From contig JBFFHS010000001.1 of NCBI GenBank assembly GCA_041556855.1, positions 9,423 through 73,422 of the forward strand: a stretch of DNA of 64,000 bases, read 5' to 3'. This DNA comes from Gammaproteobacteria bacterium. GTDB taxonomy: Bacteria > Pseudomonadota > Gammaproteobacteria > Steroidobacterales > JBFFHS01. This document shows, piece after piece, positions 1 through 9,785 of the stretch (positions within the stretch are counted from its first letter, which is position 1; the number at the start of each line of letters is the position of its first letter). The notes beneath the pieces are model-generated. The model did not search any database, had not been told where the DNA came from, and worked only from the letters and a program-made list of their open reading frames with translations. The position numbers and the translations under genes were made by a program.

Positions 1-1
1 C

Positions 2-145
2 GATCTGGACGCGTATCTCGCGGATAACAGCCAGGCCTGGGAGCTCCAAGCCGAGGGAGCTTATCAGCCGGTCAGTCCTGAGGATGGCGAGGACCGCGTG
101 GCCGCTCAGCAAACCCTGCTGCAGCAGCTTGCCGAAGTATCCTAG
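2..145 (+). CDS. 3' end of a gene running into the window, possibly polyphosphate kinase (PPK1) C-terminus
   Basis: Open frame from position 2 to TAG at 143-145 (..DLDAYLADNSQAWELQAEGAYQPVSPEDGEDRVAAQQTLLQQLAEVS*). It is convergent with and abuts ppx, as ppk/ppx are arranged in pseudomonads. The assignment rests on context and weak recollection of the PPK C-terminus. Confidence 0.4.
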   Translation, partial: DLDAYLADNSQAWELQAEGAYQPVSPEDGEDRVAAQQTLLQQLAEVS

Positions 146-1669
146 CTAGTCCGATCGCGTCGTGAGCTCAAAGCCGACTGCGGCGAGGTACGCTTGCTCC
201 TCGGAGAGATCGGCCAGGGTCAGAGGATTAGCACCCAGCCACTGGGCGGGAAAGGCTATGTCCAGAGAGCTGCCCCCGGGCCGGAGCTTCAGCTGCGGCA
301 ACCGAGCCGTGGTCCGACTGCGGTGCAGGAGCACCGCCAACCGCAGCAGCACCAGCAATTTGAAGGCCCCATCCCGCAGGCTGTCACTCAAGCCGTCAAA
401 CGTCAGGCCGATCAGCCTGCGCCTATGCCCGCCCAACAGGGTTGCCAGCAGCAGCTGCTCCTGACGGACGAAACCCGGCAGATCAGCATTTTTCAGCAGA
501 TAGGCCCCGTGCTCGTGGTATTTGCTGTGGGCAATGTCCAGGCCGATCTCGTGCAACTGGGCGGCCCAGTCCAACGCCTCATGGTAGCGGGTGTCCGTCA
601 GGTTCCATGCCTGTTGCACCTGCAGCAGCATCTGCCGCGCCGTTGCCGCCACGCGTTCGGCCTGAGCCCCATCCACCGAGTAGCGGGCACGCATGGCCCG
701 CACGGTGCGCTCCCGGGGATCTTCATGGCGCAGCCGACCCAACATGTCATACAACAGCCCCTCGCGCAGGGCGCCATCGGAGACATCCAGCTTTTCGATG
801 CCCAGGGTCTGCAGGATCTCCACCAGTATGGCGATGCCGCCGGGGAAAACGGGCGCCCGTTCCCTGGACAAGCCGGGCAAGTTCAATTGGCTGAGATTCC
901 CAGCCGCGATCAACTGCGTGACGATGACATCCAGGGCGCGAGCGTCCAGTCCGCCATCGCCGACGCCCGCTGCCTGGGCGACCCGGTCGGCGGCGAGAAT
1001 CGTACCGGAAGACCCGACCGCTCGCTCCCAACCCCAACCGCGAAACAGGTTTTTCACCGGCCTGAGTTCCAGCCGGGCGGCTAACCGGGCTTGCTCGAAA
1101 CGCCTCATGGACAATTCGCCGTCCGCGAAGAAGCGCTGACTCAGGCCCACGCAGCCCATGAAAAGACTCTCCAGGCGCTCCGGTTGGTAGCCGCGACCAA
1201 CGATCAACTCGGTGCTGCCACCACCAATGTCCAGCACCAGCGTTCCGCCCGGTTCCGCGGGCATGCTATGGACCACGCCCTGGTAGATCAGCCGCGCTTC
1301 CTCAATGCCTGCGATCACCTCGACCGGCTGCCCGAGGGCGGCTTCCGCGGCTTTCAAAAATACCCCGCCGTCCTTAACCCGACGCAACGTGTTGGTGCCA
1401 ACCACGCGTACCCGTTCGGCGTGCATGGCGCGGATACGCTGACCGAACCGCCGCAGGCAACGCAGCGCCCGCTTCTGACTCACCCTGTCCAGACTGCCGT
1501 CGGCCTGCAGCCCCGATGCCAATCGAACCATCTCCCGCAGGCGATCCACAATGACAAGCTGGCCGTGGCGCAAGCGGGCGACGACCATATGGAAGCTGTT
1601 GGAACCCAAGTCCACGGCCGCCATGATGTCGGCGGTGTCGCTTGCGTCGACGGAGTCCTCAGCCTGCAT
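146..1669 (-). CDS. ppx: Ppx/GppA family exopolyphosphatase
   Basis: 507-aa ORF. The N-terminal AAVDLGSNSFHMVVARL motif and the DIGGGSTE motif are typical of the Ppx/GppA ASKHA fold. Confidence 0.85.
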   Translation of the reverse strand: MQAEDSVDASDTADIMAAVDLGSNSFHMVVARLRHGQLVIVDRLREMVRLASGLQADGSLDRVSQKRALRCLRRFGQRIRAMHAERVRVVGTNTLRRVKDGGVFLKAAEAALGQPVEVIAGIEEARLIYQGVVHSMPAEPGGTLVLDIGGGSTELIVGRGYQPERLESLFMGCVGLSQRFFADGELSMRRFEQARLAARLELRPVKNLFRGWGWERAVGSSGTILAADRVAQAAGVGDGGLDARALDVIVTQLIAAGNLSQLNLPGLSRERAPVFPGGIAILVEILQTLGIEKLDVSDGALREGLLYDMLGRLRHEDPRERTVRAMRARYSVDGAQAERVAATARQMLLQVQQAWNLTDTRYHEALDWAAQLHEIGLDIAHSKYHEHGAYLLKNADLPGFVRQEQLLLATLLGGHRRRLIGLTFDGLSDSLRDGAFKLLVLLRLAVLLHRSRTTARLPQLKLRPGGSSLDIAFPAQWLGANPLTLADLSEEQAYLAAVGFELTTRSD

Positions 1670-1710
1670 ACCTCACCAGGGATCGCTGCTCCCGTGAGGC
1701 AGCAAGATGC

Positions 1711-2067
1711 TCAAACGGAGAACGAAGACCCGCAGCCGCAGGTGGTGGTCGCGTTGGGGTTGCGAATAATGAACTGAGCGCCGCTCAGGTCTTCCTGGTA
1801 ATCGATCTCGGCCCCGGTGAGGTATTGCACGCTCATGGGGTCGATGAGCAGCACGACGCCGCACTTCTCAACTTCCGTGTCACCCTCCTGGATATCTTCA
1901 TCGAAGGTAAAGCCGTACTGGAAACCGGAGCAGCCACCGCCGGAGATATACACGCGGAGCTTGAGATCCGGGTTACCCTCATCGTCGATCAGCTGACCGA
2001 CCTTCTGGGCAGCAGCTTCCGTAAACACCAGGGGCGGCGCCTCATCAGCCCAACGTGGCTCACTCAT
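1711..2067 (-). CDS. erpA: Iron-sulfur cluster insertion protein ErpA (IscA/HesB family)
   Basis: Contains [20 protein letters not shown] and the C-terminal CGCGSSFSV motif. Start trimmed to the internal ATG at 2067 (MSEPRW..), 1 nt after the upstream stop. Confidence 0.9.
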   Translation of the reverse strand: MSEPRWADEAPPLVFTEAAAQKVGQLIDDEGNPDLKLRVYISGGGCSGFQYGFTFDEDIQEGDTEVEKCGVVLLIDPMSVQYLTGAEIDYQEDLSGAQFIIRNPNATTTCGCGSSFSV

Positions 2068-2068
2068 A

Positions 2069-2497
2069 TCACTCTCCAGCAACCTTGAAGGGCACCGTGC
2101 CAAGTGCCACAGGCTCTTTGACCTCATCCTTGACGAGAGTTCCCTCACTCTCGTGAACCAGCTTACCGTTAACCTCGGCGCCAATGGCCATTTCAATCAG
2201 CTTATATTGGACGTTGCCAATCACCCGCGCCGTCTGCCCCAACTCGACTCGCTCGCTGACAACCACGTCGCCCTTGACCGTCCCGTTGAGCAGCAGATGG
2301 GTCACCGTGACGCCCCCCTCCACGGTGCCCGTCTCGCTGATGCTGAGCACCGCATTGGCATCGTTCAGCGCCCTGACGTTGCCTTTCACGAAGCCGTCCA
2401 CGTGGGCGCCCCCCGTGAATTGAATGTCACCGTGGACGCAGGTGTCGCTGCCGACCAGCGTGTTGATCGCCGCATGGGCATGTCGTCTCTTTCTCAT
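2069..2497 (-). CDS. Bactofilin (CcmA) family polymer-forming cytoskeletal protein
   Basis: 142 aa with repetitive beta-helix-like G-x-V/I-x-G segments ([17 protein letters not shown].. VEGGVTV.. [11 protein letters not shown].. RVIGNVQY) typical of DUF583/bactofilin. Confidence 0.8.
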   Translation of the reverse strand: MRKRRHAHAAINTLVGSDTCVHGDIQFTGGAHVDGFVKGNVRALNDANAVLSISETGTVEGGVTVTHLLLNGTVKGDVVVSERVELGQTARVIGNVQYKLIEMAIGAEVNGKLVHESEGTLVKDEVKEPVALGTVPFKVAGE

Positions 2498-2518
2498 CGG
2501 TTACGCCGGCCTCCCGCG

Positions 2519-3238
2519 TCAACCCGTCGTCACGGCCCAGGCAAAGCTCTGGGACACCCGTTTGGCGCCGCGACTTTTGGGCATGATCTCCAAGTCGACC
2601 CGATCAGGCGCAAAACCCTCGGGCAGCACCAGTTGGCGCTCCAAATCCTGAAAATAGCGGAACGAATAAGCCAACTCGCCGCTCTCGCCCTCCGCCACCA
2701 GTTCCGGCAAAGCCAGGCTCAGGTCCTGACCCGCCTGCTCACCATGTACGTTTAATTTTACAACACCGGACACACGTCGATCTTGCTTAATCGCCTGTAC
2801 CAGCACCAGGCGCATGACAATCGGCCCTGCGTTGGTGGAGATCAGCTCAAATTCTTGAATTTTCAGGCCTGCCACGCCGTCCGCCGGCGATACGATGCCC
2901 CGATAAAAGGCCAGTTCTTCTTCCTGGCTCTGAATGCTGGCCTGGAGCTCCGCCAGATTGGCCTCCACCTGGGCATAAGCCTCCCGGTCCACCTCCCGGG
3001 AGGTCTCCAGAACCGCGATCTGGCGCCGCAGCGCCTCATTGCTGCCTTCCAAGCTCTCCAGCTGCTGCGCCAGAGCGCGCTGCTCAGCCTCCGCATCCAG
3101 GCGTGAATAGCCCGCCTGATAACGCCCCAGTTCGTACAGCAAGAAGCCGACGCCGCCCAGGAACACCAGGGCAGACAGCGCCAACAGGAGCCGTTGCCAG
3201 GGCGCGGCAGGGGTGACGATTAATGGAGCGTTACCCAT
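2519..3238 (-). CDS. Membrane-anchored coiled-coil protein, function unknown
   Basis: 239 aa. It has an N-terminal TM helix (LLLALSALVFLGGVGFLLY) followed by a heptad-like A/E/L/Q-rich region. It lies directly upstream of the bactofilin on the same strand. Confidence 0.6.
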   Translation of the reverse strand: MGNAPLIVTPAAPWQRLLLALSALVFLGGVGFLLYELGRYQAGYSRLDAEAEQRALAQQLESLEGSNEALRRQIAVLETSREVDREAYAQVEANLAELQASIQSQEEELAFYRGIVSPADGVAGLKIQEFELISTNAGPIVMRLVLVQAIKQDRRVSGVVKLNVHGEQAGQDLSLALPELVAEGESGELAYSFRYFQDLERQLVLPEGFAPDRVDLEIMPKSRGAKRVSQSFAWAVTTG

Positions 3239-3326
3239 CGTGGCTGGAGCTTTCCGTTAGGGGCGGGCACCACGCATTTAAGTGAAAACCGGCCAAGGCG
3301 GCAAGGGTCCCGTTCACAACCGCGGT

Positions 3327-3890
3327 TCAGCTGGCGGCCTCTCGCGGCAGCGCCCGCTGCCAGCGTCGCGGCCACCATTCCGGTGGCGGTGGCGGCCCGT
3401 CCGCCGGAAAAGCCAGCGGTCCCAGCTCAAACAGCGCTTGCACGTAAACCTGCCGCTTGAAGTAGATGACCTCTTTGACCGGCCGCCAGTAGTCCACCCA
3501 CCGCCAGCGGTCGAATTCCGGCTCTGTTGTGGTATCCAGACGCACCCGCTCAGGATCCGCCAGCAGTTGCAGCAGGAACCAGCGCTGTTTCTGGCCAATA
3601 CATAACGGGCTTGAGTCCCGGCGCACGAAGCGCCTGGGCAGGCGATAGCGCAACCAGTCCTGAGTCTGCCCCATCACCTCAACGTCGCCGCTGGTGAGAC
3701 CGATCTCCTCCTCCAGTTCGCGAAACATGGCGGCCTCTATGGGCTCATTGGGCTGGACACCGCCCTGGGGGAATTGCCAGCCGGGCCGCCCGGCCCGACC
3801 CGCCAGCAGAACCCGTCCCATCCCGTTGGTCAGGATGATCCCGACGTTGGCGCGGTACCCCTCGCTGTCAATAAAATCCGCCATGGGCAT
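3327..3890 (-). CDS. rppH: RNA pyrophosphohydrolase RppH (NUDIX)
   Basis: IDSEGYRANVGIIL N-terminus and Nudix box (GGVQPNEPIEAAMFRELEEEIGL). The start could instead be the second ATG at 3884. Confidence 0.9.
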   Translation of the reverse strand: MPMADFIDSEGYRANVGIILTNGMGRVLLAGRAGRPGWQFPQGGVQPNEPIEAAMFRELEEEIGLTSGDVEVMGQTQDWLRYRLPRRFVRRDSSPLCIGQKQRWFLLQLLADPERVRLDTTTEPEFDRWRWVDYWRPVKEVIYFKRQVYVQALFELGPLAFPADGPPPPPEWWPRRWQRALPREAAS

Positions 3891-4180
3891 TCCCTGCTCG
3901 TTGCCCGCATTCTTTCATATCCCGGCAAAGCCGGGCAAAGCAGCCGATCCCGGCGCAGCGCACTCGCGCGGGCCAGTCAAGCTGGCCGGTTGAACCGTAT
4001 GCCGGGAAGCGGGTTCGAAGACCCCGTACCAGCCGTTCCAGCAGAGGCGGCACGTTCCCGTCTGCAGCAGCGTCAGTTCCCGCTGCTCGACGCGCTTGAG
4101 AGCGTGCTCGTTACGGGCAGCCTCGTCAGCCATGTCGGGGCGGCGCGGGTAAGGCGGGCTCACACCCGCGGCACGATCGC

Positions 4181-5269
4181 TCAACGCCGGCTTTCCATGT
4201 ATTGCCGACCCGCTTCCATGAGAGCGACGAAGCCATCCTCATCTCCCCGCTCAACCAGATCCCGAATCCGTTCCGAAGCCTCACACAGCGCTGTCAGCGC
4301 AGCCCCGCCAAAGTCATTCAAGGCCTGGATTTCGAAATACAGACTGGGATTATCGTGAGCCACGAGGTCTGCCACTTTAAGCTGGGCATCAAAAGTCGTG
4401 CTGGACATTTCCTTGAGCCGGGGCACCAGCTCACCGCTTTCCGCCAGCGCGGTGAAAAAAGCGATGTTAAGGGCATGGGACAGCCCCAGCACGTAGGCGA
4501 TAAGGCGGTCGTGATCGTCCAGGCTCATCTCAATCTGCTGGACCATGGTGGAGGCGAACAGGCGTCGAGCCGCACGGGTGGCATCTGGCACACCCAGATC
4601 CACAAACACCACGTGTCGATCCGATAACAACCGCGTGTCCGGCCCGAACATGGGATGGATAGACGTGACCTGACAGCCCGCCGCGACCAGCTTGTCCAGG
4701 CTGGCGCGTAACGGGCTTTTCAGTGAACCGATATCCAGGATCAGCCCTCTGGGCTTGCGCTCGGCAAGCTCGGCAAGGATGTCCGCGGTGATGCCAATGG
4801 GCGCCGCCACCACGATGACGTCGGCAGCCAGATCGTCGGCGCGCCAATCGTCGATGTGGGCATAGCCGGGCGGTGCCCCTGCGGGATCCGCCACGGTCAC
4901 GGCGAAACCCTGGGAGGCCAGGTAATCGCTGAACCAACGACCCATCTGACCCGCGCCGCCGATCACCAATGCGCTGCGACCGGAGCCCTGCCCCTCCGCC
5001 ACGACCCGGGCCTGCTCCTGACTCGTCAGAGAGGACTGGATCAACAGCTTCAGGATCTGCTCCGCCAGGTCCGGATTCAGTCCGAAAGCGGCGGCCCGTT
5101 CCCGGGCACCGTCCAGCACGCGCTTTTCACGCTGATAGTCGCGGGTGGCGATGCCCTCTTGCAGCTTGTGGTGGCTGATATCCCCCACGATGCGCTGGCG
5201 CTGAGCCACCAATTCGACCAGTTGTGCGTCCACCTCCGAGAGACGCCGCCTCAGGCTCTCCAGGTCCAC
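4181..5269 (-). CDS. tyrA: Bifunctional chorismate mutase / prephenate dehydrogenase (T-protein)
   Basis: N-terminal CM type-2 helix (LRRRLSEVDAQLVELVAQR), then a GxGxxG Rossmann motif (VIGGAGQMGRWF) and a prephenate dehydrogenase C-terminal region. Confidence 0.85.
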   Translation of the reverse strand: MDLESLRRRLSEVDAQLVELVAQRQRIVGDISHHKLQEGIATRDYQREKRVLDGARERAAAFGLNPDLAEQILKLLIQSSLTSQEQARVVAEGQGSGRSALVIGGAGQMGRWFSDYLASQGFAVTVADPAGAPPGYAHIDDWRADDLAADVIVVAAPIGITADILAELAERKPRGLILDIGSLKSPLRASLDKLVAAGCQVTSIHPMFGPDTRLLSDRHVVFVDLGVPDATRAARRLFASTMVQQIEMSLDDHDRLIAYVLGLSHALNIAFFTALAESGELVPRLKEMSSTTFDAQLKVADLVAHDNPSLYFEIQALNDFGGAALTALCEASERIRDLVERGDEDGFVALMEAGRQYMESRR

Positions 5270-5359
5270 GATTCACCTGCCACTGAAAAAAGAATGATGC
5301 GGCTGCCAATAGCCAACCGCCAAGGGAATCCCGTAAGATTCTCGAGCAAACCACAATAA

Positions 5360-6490
<1,131 letters not shown>

Positions 6491-6498
6491 GGCGCCGC

Positions 6499-7338
6499 AT
6501 GTCGCAACTCGAGCTTATCAGCGAGGCCTGCTGCTTCGCCGGCTGGCAGCGCACGTATCAGCACGCCTCCGAGGCCTGTGGCTGCCCCATGCGATTTGCG
6601 GTATTTCTCCCGCCCCAGGCTGACAACGACCCCGTCCCAGCGCTGTACTGGCTATCGGGGCTGACCTGCACCGAAGACAACTTCAGTATCAAGGCAGGCG
6701 CTCAGCAGCACGCCGCCGCCCTGGGCCTGGCGCTTATCGTTCCGGACACCAGCCCGCGCGGCCTGGGGCTTAAGGGCGAAGATGAGCGCATGGAACTGGG
6801 CACCGGCGCGGGTTTCTACGTCAATGCCACTGAAGAGCCCTGGTGCCACCACTACCGCATGTATGACTACGTCGCTCACGAGCTGCCGGAACTGGTGCCC
6901 GTTCAGCTGCCCGTCGACCCGGCGCGCAAGTCCATCAGCGGACACTCCATGGGCGGCCATGGTGCGCTGACCGTGGGCTTGAAGAACCCAGCCGCCTACC
7001 GGTCAATCTCGGCGTTCGCGCCGATCTGCGCGGCGAGCCGTTCCGGCTGGGGCCGCACCGCCCTGAGTCACTATCTGGGAGCCGATGAACGCAACTGGCA
7101 ACCCTACGATGCCTGCTACCTGGCCGAGCATCAGCCCTGCCAGCATGAGCTGCTGATCGATCAGGGTTCGGCTGACCCCTATCTGGACGAGCTGCGCCCG
7201 GATGATCTCAAAAAAGCCTGCGCCCGGTCGGGCCAACCGCTGACATTTCGCGACCGGCCCGGCTACGAGCACGGCTACTACTTCGTGAGCACGTTCATCG
7301 GCGACCATTTGAAATTTCACGCCGCTCACTTGAGCTGA
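6499..7338 (+). CDS. fghA: S-formylglutathione hydrolase (esterase D)
   Basis: 279 aa with the GHSMGGHGAL serine-hydrolase motif and a YWLSGLTCTEDNF segment. It follows frmA by 8 nt. Confidence 0.9.
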   Translation: MSQLELISEACCFAGWQRTYQHASEACGCPMRFAVFLPPQADNDPVPALYWLSGLTCTEDNFSIKAGAQQHAAALGLALIVPDTSPRGLGLKGEDERMELGTGAGFYVNATEEPWCHHYRMYDYVAHELPELVPVQLPVDPARKSISGHSMGGHGALTVGLKNPAAYRSISAFAPICAASRSGWGRTALSHYLGADERNWQPYDACYLAEHQPCQHELLIDQGSADPYLDELRPDDLKKACARSGQPLTFRDRPGYEHGYYFVSTFIGDHLKFHAAHLS

Positions 7339-8867
7339 TGTCACGCCAGGTCGCCGTCGCCTCCACTTCGCAGCTGGCGGCGGATGCGGGCGCCAGCGTG
7401 ATCGAGCTCGGTGGCAACGCTGTGGATGCGGCCCTGGCTGCCGCTTTGGTGTCCATCAACAGCGAGCCTGGCGTGTGCTCCCTGGGCTGCGGCGGCTATG
7501 TCACGGTCTGGGCGCCGGGCATGGATCCCGTGACCATCGACGGCTACGTGACGACGCCAGGGCGAGGGCTGCCGGACACGGCGCTGGGCGGAGGCGGCAT
7601 GGAAATCAGCATGCCCTACGGCGGGGGCGTGACCACGGTCATCGGTCCGGGCTCGGTCGCCGTCCCAGGCGGCGTCGCCGCCCTGGGCCTGGCAGCGGAG
7701 CGCTACGGTGCGCTGGATTTTGCCGCGGCGGTGGCGCCGTCCGTGGCGATCGCCGAGGCCGGCTTCCCCCTCTCCCAGGCGTCATACAACTATCTGATTC
7801 ACTCGGGGGACATTATTTTTGGCCAGGACCCCGACGGCTGGGCGGCCTTGCATGACGCCCACGGTCAACTGCTCAAGCCGGGCGACCCGGTGATCATTCC
7901 TCACCTTGCCGAGACCCTGGCACGGCTGGGCGAGGCGGGAGTCCATGATTTCTATCACGGCAACCTGGCTGCACGCATGGCCCATCACGTTCAGGCCGGC
8001 GGCGGCATGCTGACGACGGCGGATCTGGCCAGCTACGAGCCCCTCGTCCGGACAAGCCTGGTCAGCCAGGTGGGGCCATGGCAGGTCGCTACCAACCCGC
8101 CGCCGGCCATCGGGGGCGGCGTTCTCACCGCCATGCTCACAGCGCTCACCCAGGGCGAGCGCTTCTCGTGGCGGCCCGACGGCGTGGCGCGACTGATCCG
8201 CACTCAGCAGCGGGTGCTTAAGTTCAGGCGCAGCACGCTGGATGAGTCGAACCACCTGGCCGATGATGTCCAGGCGCTGCTGGACCTCGCCGGCAGCGGC
8301 GCCCTAAGCGGCCTGGAGGCGCCCTCCACTGTCCACACGTCAGCGGCGGATGATGAGGGCCTGGCCTGTGCCGTCACCATGTCGGCAGGCTACGGCTCGG
8401 GTGTCATGCCCTCGGGCACGGGTGTGTGGATGAATAACTGCCTGGGCGAGCTTGAGCTCAACAAAAAAGGACTCGTGCCCGGCCCACCCGGTACGCGCCT
8501 GCCGTCGAATATGGCGCCCACGGCAGCCCGGCGCGGTGACGGCGCGGTGCTGGCCATCGGCTCCCCCGGCGCGGACCGCATCACGACAGCGCTGACCCAG
8601 GTGCTGCTTAACCTGATGGTGCTCGAGATGTCTCTGGAGGAGGCTATCAGCCAGCCGCGCCTGCATGTGGAGTACGCTGACGGACGGTGGCAGGTGGCCC
8701 TTGAGCCGGGCATCCAGCTGACCGCTGAGGCCCTGCCCAGCCGCCTGTTCTCGGAGCTGTCCATGTTCTTCGGCGGCGTTAGCGCCGTGCTGCATACCCC
8801 TGGAGAGCCGCTGCGGGCCGCGGCTGACCCGCGCCGCACAGGAGGCGTGTTTATTACTGAGCACTGA
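7338..8867 (+). CDS. Gamma-glutamyltransferase family protein with no obvious signal peptide
   Basis: 509 aa. STVHTSAADDEGLACAVTMSAGYGSG aligns with the GGT autoprocessing site (TTHYSVVDKDGNAV..). The start overlaps the fghA stop (TGATG). Confidence 0.85.
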   Translation: MSRQVAVASTSQLAADAGASVIELGGNAVDAALAAALVSINSEPGVCSLGCGGYVTVWAPGMDPVTIDGYVTTPGRGLPDTALGGGGMEISMPYGGGVTTVIGPGSVAVPGGVAALGLAAERYGALDFAAAVAPSVAIAEAGFPLSQASYNYLIHSGDIIFGQDPDGWAALHDAHGQLLKPGDPVIIPHLAETLARLGEAGVHDFYHGNLAARMAHHVQAGGGMLTTADLASYEPLVRTSLVSQVGPWQVATNPPPAIGGGVLTAMLTALTQGERFSWRPDGVARLIRTQQRVLKFRRSTLDESNHLADDVQALLDLAGSGALSGLEAPSTVHTSAADDEGLACAVTMSAGYGSGVMPSGTGVWMNNCLGELELNKKGLVPGPPGTRLPSNMAPTAARRGDGAVLAIGSPGADRITTALTQVLLNLMVLEMSLEEAISQPRLHVEYADGRWQVALEPGIQLTAEALPSRLFSELSMFFGGVSAVLHTPGEPLRAAADPRRTGGVFITEH

Positions 8868-8931
8868 GACGGCTGGTCAACACGGTGCCCAGTCGCTAAT
8901 CTCCTCTGCATTCCCAGGTTCGAGCACAATC

Positions 8932-9588
8932 GTGACCGCACTGCCGTCACCGCCACCCGATGATCCGCTACCCCTCGTGGCCCGTTGGCTGAATGACGCC
9001 ATGGAGAATCAGGTACAACCCAATCCCAACGCCATGACCTTGGCCACCGCGACGCCCGCAGGTCAACCGTCAGCCCGCGTCGTCTTGATCAAGGATTTCA
9101 ACTCGGTTGAGGGCTTCCTCGTCTTCTACAGTCATTACACCTCCCGCAAGGGCCGGGAGCTGGAGCGTAATCCGCTCGCCGCGGCGGTCGTCCACTGGGA
9201 CACCCTGGGACGTCAGCTGCGCTTTGAAGGCCGGGTTGCGCGCTCGCCCCGCGCCGAAAGCGATGCCTACTTTCAGCACCGACCCTGGCTCAGCCAGCTG
9301 AACGCCTGGGCCAGCGATCAGAGTGAGCCCATCACTGGCCCGGGCGCCCTGCTGGCCCAGGCCCGGCAACGGGCGGCCGCGCTTGACCGGCCTGTTGACG
9401 CGGACCTTCAGCCCCTCTCGGATGGCGGGGAGCTGCCCCGACCGGAACATTGGGGCGGCTTCCGGTTAACCCTCAGCGCAGTTGAGTTCTGGGTCCATGG
9501 CGAAGGCCGCTTTCATGATCGTCTGGGGTATCGACGTGATCTGGAGCCGGCCGCGGGATCCTGGTCCAAGGCATGGCTGCAACCTTAA
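8932..9588 (+). CDS. pdxH: Pyridoxamine 5'-phosphate oxidase
   Basis: 218 aa with the typical PdxH end (FWGGFRL..VEFWVHGEGRFHDR..Y). GTG start as in the ORF track. Confidence 0.9.
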   Translation: MTALPSPPPDDPLPLVARWLNDAMENQVQPNPNAMTLATATPAGQPSARVVLIKDFNSVEGFLVFYSHYTSRKGRELERNPLAAAVVHWDTLGRQLRFEGRVARSPRAESDAYFQHRPWLSQLNAWASDQSEPITGPGALLAQARQRAAALDRPVDADLQPLSDGGELPRPEHWGGFRLTLSAVEFWVHGEGRFHDRLGYRRDLEPAAGSWSKAWLQP

Positions 9589-9593
9589 GGTTG

Positions 9594-9785
9594 ATGCAGT
9601 ATCTGGACGAGCAGAGCCTCACCTGCCCTTACTGCTGGGAGACGATCGGCGTACTGCTGGACCTCTCTCAGCCGGAGCAGGTCTATATCGAAGATTGCGC
9701 TGTGTGTTGCCATCCCATTGAAATCCGAGTCGCGGCCGAGGACGGGATACTGACCCGCCTGAGCGGCACGCGAATCGATGCCTGA
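9594..9785 (+). CDS. CPxCG-motif cysteine-rich small protein
   Basis: MQYLDEQSLTCPYCWE...EDCAVCCHPIE carries two Cys pairs, as a zinc-ribbon-like protein would. ATG at 9594 lies just after the pdxH stop and is preceded by aagg. Confidence 0.7.
   Translation: MQYLDEQSLTCPYCWETIGVLLDLSQPEQVYIEDCAVCCHPIEIRVAAEDGILTRLSGTRIDA

Noticed and set aside
3915-4184. 89-aa minus-strand ORF in the rppH-tyrA spacer, containing a CxxC (TCRLCWNGWYG).
   Set aside because: It has a TTG start overlapping the tyrA stop, or an internal ATG without an SD. Its composition is antisense-like and no family is recognisable, so I kept it as unannotated spacer.
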